Positions 59,598 through 64,000 of a stretch of 64,000 nt of DNA are shown one piece after another. The notes beneath the pieces are model-generated. The model searched no databases, was not told the origin of the DNA, and was given only the letters and a program-made list of their open reading frames with translations. Source of the stretch: an uncultured Clostridia bacterium (GTDB taxonomy: Bacteria > Bacillota_I > Bacilli_A > RF39 > UBA660); the NCBI GenBank assembly GCA_947643225.1, contig CANRVH010000003.1, positions 7,499-71,498 on the forward strand. The letters run 5' to 3'. Each line of letters opens with the position of its first letter. Position 1 is the stretch's first letter. A program made the translations under genes and the position numbers.

Positions 59598-59786
59598 TTA
59601 AATAATATTTTTTAATCGATTATGATCTGCTTTAGATAAAGCTGAACCTTTTCTATTCTTTCTATTAAATTTTGCACTTTTACTACCTGTATTATGACGA
59701 GAACCAGGACAGTAAATTTTTACTTTACCACTCTTTCTAACCTTTAGTACTTTAGCAGTACCCTTATGTGTTTTAATCTTTGGCAT
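59598..59786 (-). CDS. rpmI: 50S ribosomal protein L35
   Basis: MPKIKTHKGTAKVLKVRKSGKVK...; 62 aa. Confidence 0.9.
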   Translation of the reverse strand: MPKIKTHKGTAKVLKVRKSGKVKIYCPGSRHNTGSKSAKFNRKNRKGSALSKADHNRLKNII

Positions 59787-59797
59787 GATCTATCCTC

Positions 59798-60346
59798 CTA
59801 TTTCTTATCTTTATTCATATCTTTTCTAGGGACAAGTAACATAGTCATTTGTCTCCCTTCTAATTTCGGTGCTTCTTGTACATCAGCATACTCTGTAAGT
59901 CTATTTGCAAATTTTAAAAGCACATCACGACCAATTTCAGTATGAGCCATTTGCCTTCCCTTAAAACGAATAGAAAGTTTGATTCTATCTCCCTTTTGAA
60001 GATACTTAATCACATTTCTAAGTTTTGTTTCAATGTCACCTACATCAATTGTAGGTGAAAGACGATATTCTTTTAACTCTGAAGTATTTGCTCGTTGTCT
60101 TTTTAAAGCATCCTTTTCTTTTTTCTTTTTTTCATAACGGAATTTATTATAATCCATTATTTTGCAAACTGGTGGATTAGCATTTGGACTAATCAAAACT
60201 AAATCAAGGGATGCATAACTAGCCAGTGTCTTAGCATCACTTATACTTCTTACTCCAACCTGTTCACCAGTTGGTCCAATAACAAGTACTTCTTTCGCTC
60301 TAATTTGGTCATTAATATATAACTCACCTCTATTATTTGCGATAAT
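59798..60346 (-). CDS. infC: translation initiation factor IF-3 (non-AUG ATT start predicted)
   Basis: INDQIRAKEVLVIGPTGEQVGV...PPVCKIMDYNKFRYE; GGAGGTG SD followed 5 nt later by ATT (60346-60344). The listed ORF is extended upstream to an in-frame ATG that includes the SD. Confidence 0.85.
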   Translation of the reverse strand: MIANNRGELYINDQIRAKEVLVIGPTGEQVGVRSISDAKTLASYASLDLVLISPNANPPVCKIMDYNKFRYEKKKKEKDALKRQRANTSELKEYRLSPTIDVGDIETKLRNVIKYLQKGDRIKLSIRFKGRQMAHTEIGRDVLLKFANRLTEYADVQEAPKLEGRQMTMLLVPRKDMNKDKK

Positions 60347-60368
60347 TAACACCTCCATCATATTAAGA

Positions 60369-60396
60369 AAAGTGGATATAAAACCTATATCCACTT
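60369..60396 (-). promoter_or_regulatory. infC leader hairpin (attenuator-like) with an upstream alternative pairing partner at 60479-60494
   Basis: AAGTGGATATA-aaacc-TATATCCACTT (11-bp perfect stem) directly 5' of the infC SD; a second copy of GTGGATATAAAA at 60481-60492 could form a competing helix. Confidence 0.45.
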
Positions 60397-60745
60397 AAAA
60401 ACCAAGATAGTCAAACAATATCTTACTAATCAACTAATGGCTTTTGACCTACCATCAACATAACAAACTGCGATAGTCAGGTGGATATAAAATCTCTTTC
60501 CTCTTTCCAACTGTTAAAATTATATGCTATTTTCTAATAAAAGTCAATCTTTTTATTTTGAAAAATTATGATTTTTGAGTTTATATCTTTGTTTAAGAGC
60601 ATATGTAGGGTTTCAACGATGTTTTACTACTAATTTACTACTAAATAAATTTATTTTAATATTTAAAGAATTCTACGAATCCAAATATAACCTAATAAAT
60701 ATTAAAAAATATGTGTTATAATAATTAACGTTAGGAGTGAACAGT

Positions 60746-61633
60746 ATGAATGAAAAATATGGAATTATAGAAATCGGTAGTAATAATACAAAAACTCATA
60801 TTTATGAAAATAGCAAAGTTATATATGATAAAACAACAACTATTGAATTTAAGAAAAATTATAAAAATAATGGTTCAATAATTGATGTAGATTTAGAAAA
60901 GTTATATAAAGAAATAACTAATGCTTTAGAATATACAGAAAATATTCATATATATGGCTGTAGTATATTTAGAAATATAAGTGATACGGAATTAGAACAA
61001 ATTAATAGTATTTTAAAAGATAAATTTAATTTAGTAATAGAAGTAGTATCACAAGAGGACGAAGCAAATCTTACGGCTAAGGGATGCTATCAAAATATTG
61101 ATTATGATGGCCCATTATGTATCTTCATTGGTGGAGGAGGTTCTATTGAATTAATATTTGTTAAAAATAAAGAAATATTTGGACATAAATTTTATAACTT
61201 TGGAGTTGTAGATATAACAAGTAAATATCCAGAATTAAAAGAAGATATTCCGAGAGTTACTTTTGATGAGGTTACAGAATATGTTGATGCTCTAATAGGG
61301 GATTTAGAATATAAGGCTACTGCTATAGTTCTTTCTGGAGGAGATCATTTATATTGGTTTAATAATGCTTTATATAAAATGGATGACAATACTTTATATA
61401 CAAGTGATAGGCAAAAATATATGATTAAAACAGAAAAAATAGATATATATGACCATGATATGATGACTAGTTCATTAGATACCATAAGAGATAGAAGCGA
61501 CAATCCAACTTGGTTTGATGGCTCAAGAGCAATGAGAATAATGGCAAATTTAATTACCCATAAAATTGGAGCTGATATAGTTATTCCTACAAATATTAAT
61601 ATGGAAGATGGTCTAAAACTTAAAATTGAATGA
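60746..61633 (+). CDS. Ppx/GppA-family phosphatase-like protein (ASKHA fold)
   Basis: GIIEIGSNNTKTHI (phosphate-1 motif) and IFIGGGGSIELIFV (phosphate-2 motif); ATG at 60746 after an AGGAGTGA SD. Confidence 0.55.
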   Translation: MNEKYGIIEIGSNNTKTHIYENSKVIYDKTTTIEFKKNYKNNGSIIDVDLEKLYKEITNALEYTENIHIYGCSIFRNISDTELEQINSILKDKFNLVIEVVSQEDEANLTAKGCYQNIDYDGPLCIFIGGGGSIELIFVKNKEIFGHKFYNFGVVDITSKYPELKEDIPRVTFDEVTEYVDALIGDLEYKATAIVLSGGDHLYWFNNALYKMDDNTLYTSDRQKYMIKTEKIDIYDHDMMTSSLDTIRDRSDNPTWFDGSRAMRIMANLITHKIGADIVIPTNINMEDGLKLKIE

Positions 61634-61796
61634 ATACTTCCTGTTGTATCAATACATCTAACTTCAAAACTCTTGTCTTTTTTTTCATATTCCTATATTT
61701 ACCATTTCTTATTTCTTCTACATTTCGATATACGAAATACTTATCAATTCATATGATATTTTTCCATAAAATAATTCCTTCTTAAAATATTAATAG

Positions 61797-62525
61797 TTAT
61801 CTAATTTTACATAATTTTTTTACGTAATTATATAATTCACTATTTTGAGAAAAGTCAGCTGTAGTATAAAAATCAACAACATCTTTTTCTTTAATAGACT
61901 GCATATCTTTACTATTTAAATTTCTATATACAAAAATTGAAATACCACCATGTTCTTTAATATATTTCATTGCATAATAGTCTGTGAAACCATCTCCAAT
62001 ATATATAATATTAGAACAATCTTCATTATCAATTCCATTGTTTTTCAAAATTTCTTTTATTGCAATAACTTTGTTTTTATCACTCATTAAAAAATCAAAA
62101 CCATTAGCTTCATAATCTTGATTATAAGTAAAAATAGTTGCATAAATTTCTTTAAAATATGACGAAATTGAAACTTTTTCTAAAAAGACTTTTACTCCTG
62201 AACTTAATAAATAATTACTAATATTATTTTGGTACAACATATTTAAAAATTCTATTACACCATTATTATAATCGACATTATCATATCCTAAAGAAAAATT
62301 TTCATCTGTCAATTTGAAACCTGCATTTTTAATTATCTCAAAATATATATCATATATAGCTCTATATAAATCAATATTATTAGTTTTAGCCCTTTTTTGC
62401 GATAATTCTAAAAACTGAGGATTATGGGCTCCATCTTTCATACCGCTTTTTTCTAAAATTTCAAACTTAGGTAGTGAATATGGGGTTAATGTTCCATCAA
62501 AGTCATAAATAATAATTTTTTTCAA
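61797..62525 (-). CDS. HAD-superfamily hydrolase
   Basis: N-terminal IIIYDFDGTLT (DxDGT motif I); C-terminal GDGFTDYYAM motif IV-like. Confidence 0.65.
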   Translation of the reverse strand: MKKIIIYDFDGTLTPYSLPKFEILEKSGMKDGAHNPQFLELSQKRAKTNNIDLYRAIYDIYFEIIKNAGFKLTDENFSLGYDNVDYNNGVIEFLNMLYQNNISNYLLSSGVKVFLEKVSISSYFKEIYATIFTYNQDYEANGFDFLMSDKNKVIAIKEILKNNGIDNEDCSNIIYIGDGFTDYYAMKYIKEHGGISIFVYRNLNSKDMQSIKEKDVVDFYTTADFSQNSELYNYVKKLCKIR

Positions 62526-62901
62526 TTAAATCTCTCCCTTAAATTTATTTAAATTTTTATTACTTTATTTTTTTGTAATTTCTATTTAATTATATCATGA
62601 TTTTAATTTTTTATAAAAGCAAAGTTAAAAAATCCACATGAAAAAGGACCCCATTTTACCGAACTATCTTATAAAAGATCATTCAAATATTTCAACAAAT
62701 TCTCACATTTCCTTTTTCTTATACACTTTATGTATAAATATTTCTAACTAAAGAGCAATATTTTTGCGCCCATTTAATGAATGCCAAATCATCATAGCAC
62801 AATTTCCATATTTGTCTTGGAAAAAAGACCAAAAATAACATAAAGTTCACTTTTTTAACTATAATACTGTATTACCTAGCCTCTAACATTCTATTTAAGA
62901 A

Positions 62902-63633
62902 TTAGACTATACCAATTAGTTTCGTCTCCTTGATTTGTTTATATTTCCTACTAGCCTCGATAAAACTATTCATAATTTTTATCGCGCTTTGATCATAACC
63001 AATCATCTTTTCTGGATGCCATTGCACACCTAAAACAAAACTTTTTGAAGGTAGCTCTACCGCTTCAACTATTCCATCTGAAGCATAAGCAGTAGTTCTT
63101 AAGGAAGGATTAGAACAAGTAGTCATTTTATGAAAACTATTAACTTCTATTTCTTCCTTTTCTACTATATGATATAGTAAGCTATCTTTTTCAATTTTAA
63201 CCTTATGACAATATAAATCATCTTCAAACTGTTCATGCTTAATTGAAGACTCAATCAATAACAGTTCATTATCTCGATTATAATTAGTAAGAATCTGCAT
63301 TCCAAGACAAACTCCTAAAATAGGAAGATCTTTTTTTATTGCCAAACTAACAACATACTTATCATATTTAGTGAATTTAACTCCCCCAGGTAAAAATAGT
63401 CCATCACACATCGATAACCAATACTCTATGCTTTCTTTTTCCTCTTCATTAAAATCAGGAAAATCAAGCCACTTAGTTGGATAATAATCTATATCCTTTA
63501 CAGGACATAAAAGTAATGGTTCCCCACCACTTTGAATAATTGACCTTCTAACCCGATCATATATATATTGATAAGGCTTATTTTCCTTATCTACATCACA
63601 CCGCATCATAATTCCAATAATTGGTTTTTTCAT
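62902..63633 (-). CDS. class I glutamine amidotransferase-like / gamma-glutamyl-GABA hydrolase family (peptidase C26)
   Basis: GVCLGMQIL nucleophile-Cys motif and QWHPE His motif. Confidence 0.65.
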   Translation of the reverse strand: MKKPIIGIMMRCDVDKENKPYQYIYDRVRRSIIQSGGEPLLLCPVKDIDYYPTKWLDFPDFNEEEKESIEYWLSMCDGLFLPGGVKFTKYDKYVVSLAIKKDLPILGVCLGMQILTNYNRDNELLLIESSIKHEQFEDDLYCHKVKIEKDSLLYHIVEKEEIEVNSFHKMTTCSNPSLRTTAYASDGIVEAVELPSKSFVLGVQWHPEKMIGYDQSAIKIMNSFIEASRKYKQIKETKLIGIV

Positions 63634-64000
63634 TAAAATTGAATTCTCTCCTTTACATAATTTTCTACTTCATCTAGCTTTAAAGTAACTTGATCCATGG
63701 TATCGCGATCTCTTATAGTAACAGTTCCATGATGAATTGTCTCATCATCAATAGTAATGCAAAATGGTGTTCCAATAGCATCTTGTCTTCTATAACGTTT
63801 ACCAATAGAGGCAGTCTCATCATAACTACATGCAAAACTTCTACATAATAAAGAATAAATTTCCTGAGCTTTTTCAGAATGATATTTCTTAGCAAGGGGC
63901 AATACAGCAACTTTATACGGTGCAAGGTAGGGAATAAACCTCATGACTTCTCTAATTTCACCATTTTCCAACTCCTCTACAGTATAACTATGATCAAGAA
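63633..64000 (-). CDS. glyQS: glycine--tRNA ligase (alpha2 type), C-terminal anticodon-binding end; gene continues beyond window
   Basis: VAVLPL...DETASIGKRYRRQDAIGTPFCITID...TVTIRDRDTMDQ matches the GlyRS C-terminal domain; ORF open to the window edge. Confidence 0.75.
   Translation of the reverse strand, partial: LDHSYTVEELENGEIREVMRFIPYLAPYKVAVLPLAKKYHSEKAQEIYSLLCRSFACSYDETASIGKRYRRQDAIGTPFCITIDDETIHHGTVTIRDRDTMDQVTLKLDEVENYVKERIQF

Overview
AT-rich, low-GC Firmicutes-type chromosomal window. It carries sporulation genes (spoIVB, spoIIM-like, ylbJ-like) and shows B. subtilis-like synteny: ylb cluster, hrcA-grpE-dnaK-dnaJ, rplT-rpmI-infC, cvpA/rnhC. From 1 to about 19.6 kb the genes are almost all on the + strand: hemW (5' truncated), tmk-like, mutS, nusB, xseA/xseB, a FemAB-like gene, spoIVB and mnmA. 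From about 25.8 to 64 kb they are almost all on the - strand: deoB, xerD, holA-like, alaS behind an Ala T-box leader, trxA, dnaJ, pepF, dnaK, grpE, hrcA with CIRCE, rsmD, rpmF, pyk, mutM, polA, tcdA, tsf, rpsB, rplT-rpmI-infC and glyQS (3' end).

The strand switch falls exactly on a 28-bp sequence (25082-25109) that reads as a near-canonical Firmicutes dif site: 11/11 identity to the S. aureus XerC arm and 10/11 to the XerD arm. A second dif-like copy lies at 20500-20527 and shares 20 identical bp but has a degenerate XerC arm. Between the two sites is a roughly 4.55 kb integrase-less element with the gene complement of a small filamentous (inovirus-like) phage: an XRE repressor facing a TTGACA-17-TATATT promoter with two palindromic operators, a run of tiny SD-led ORFs including a 66-aa candidate major coat protein, a secreted pIII-like protein, a pVI-like protein, a Zot/pI assembly NTPase, and a pMV158 RepB-type (Rep_2) rolling-circle initiator. 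The Rep gene is preceded by a GC-rich hairpin whose loop contains TACTACGAC, which I recall from memory as the pMV158 RepB nick sequence. I read this as an IMEX: a filamentous prophage integrated by host XerCD at the chromosomal dif, right at the probable replication terminus. xerD sits 2 kb away, but deoB-xerD are also linked in B. subtilis.

Other notable points:
- A T-box leader for alaS whose expression platform looks like a Shine-Dalgarno sequestrator rather than a terminator.
- Ribosomal proteins S2 and L20 both carry C-terminal extensions ending in the same roughly 30-aa Rho_N/HeH-like motif.
- GrpE has a Cys-rich N-terminal extension, with a paralogous Cys-rich small protein next to dif.
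- pepF is inserted between dnaK and dnaJ.
- mutS is not followed by mutL.
- A ComGA/PilB-like ATPase has a long disordered tail and sits divergent from two unusually large pseudopilins.
- A candidate sRNA or leader lies between tsf and the tcdA operon.
- The infC leader has an attenuator-like hairpin and an ATT start.

No rRNA, tRNA or CRISPR array was seen.
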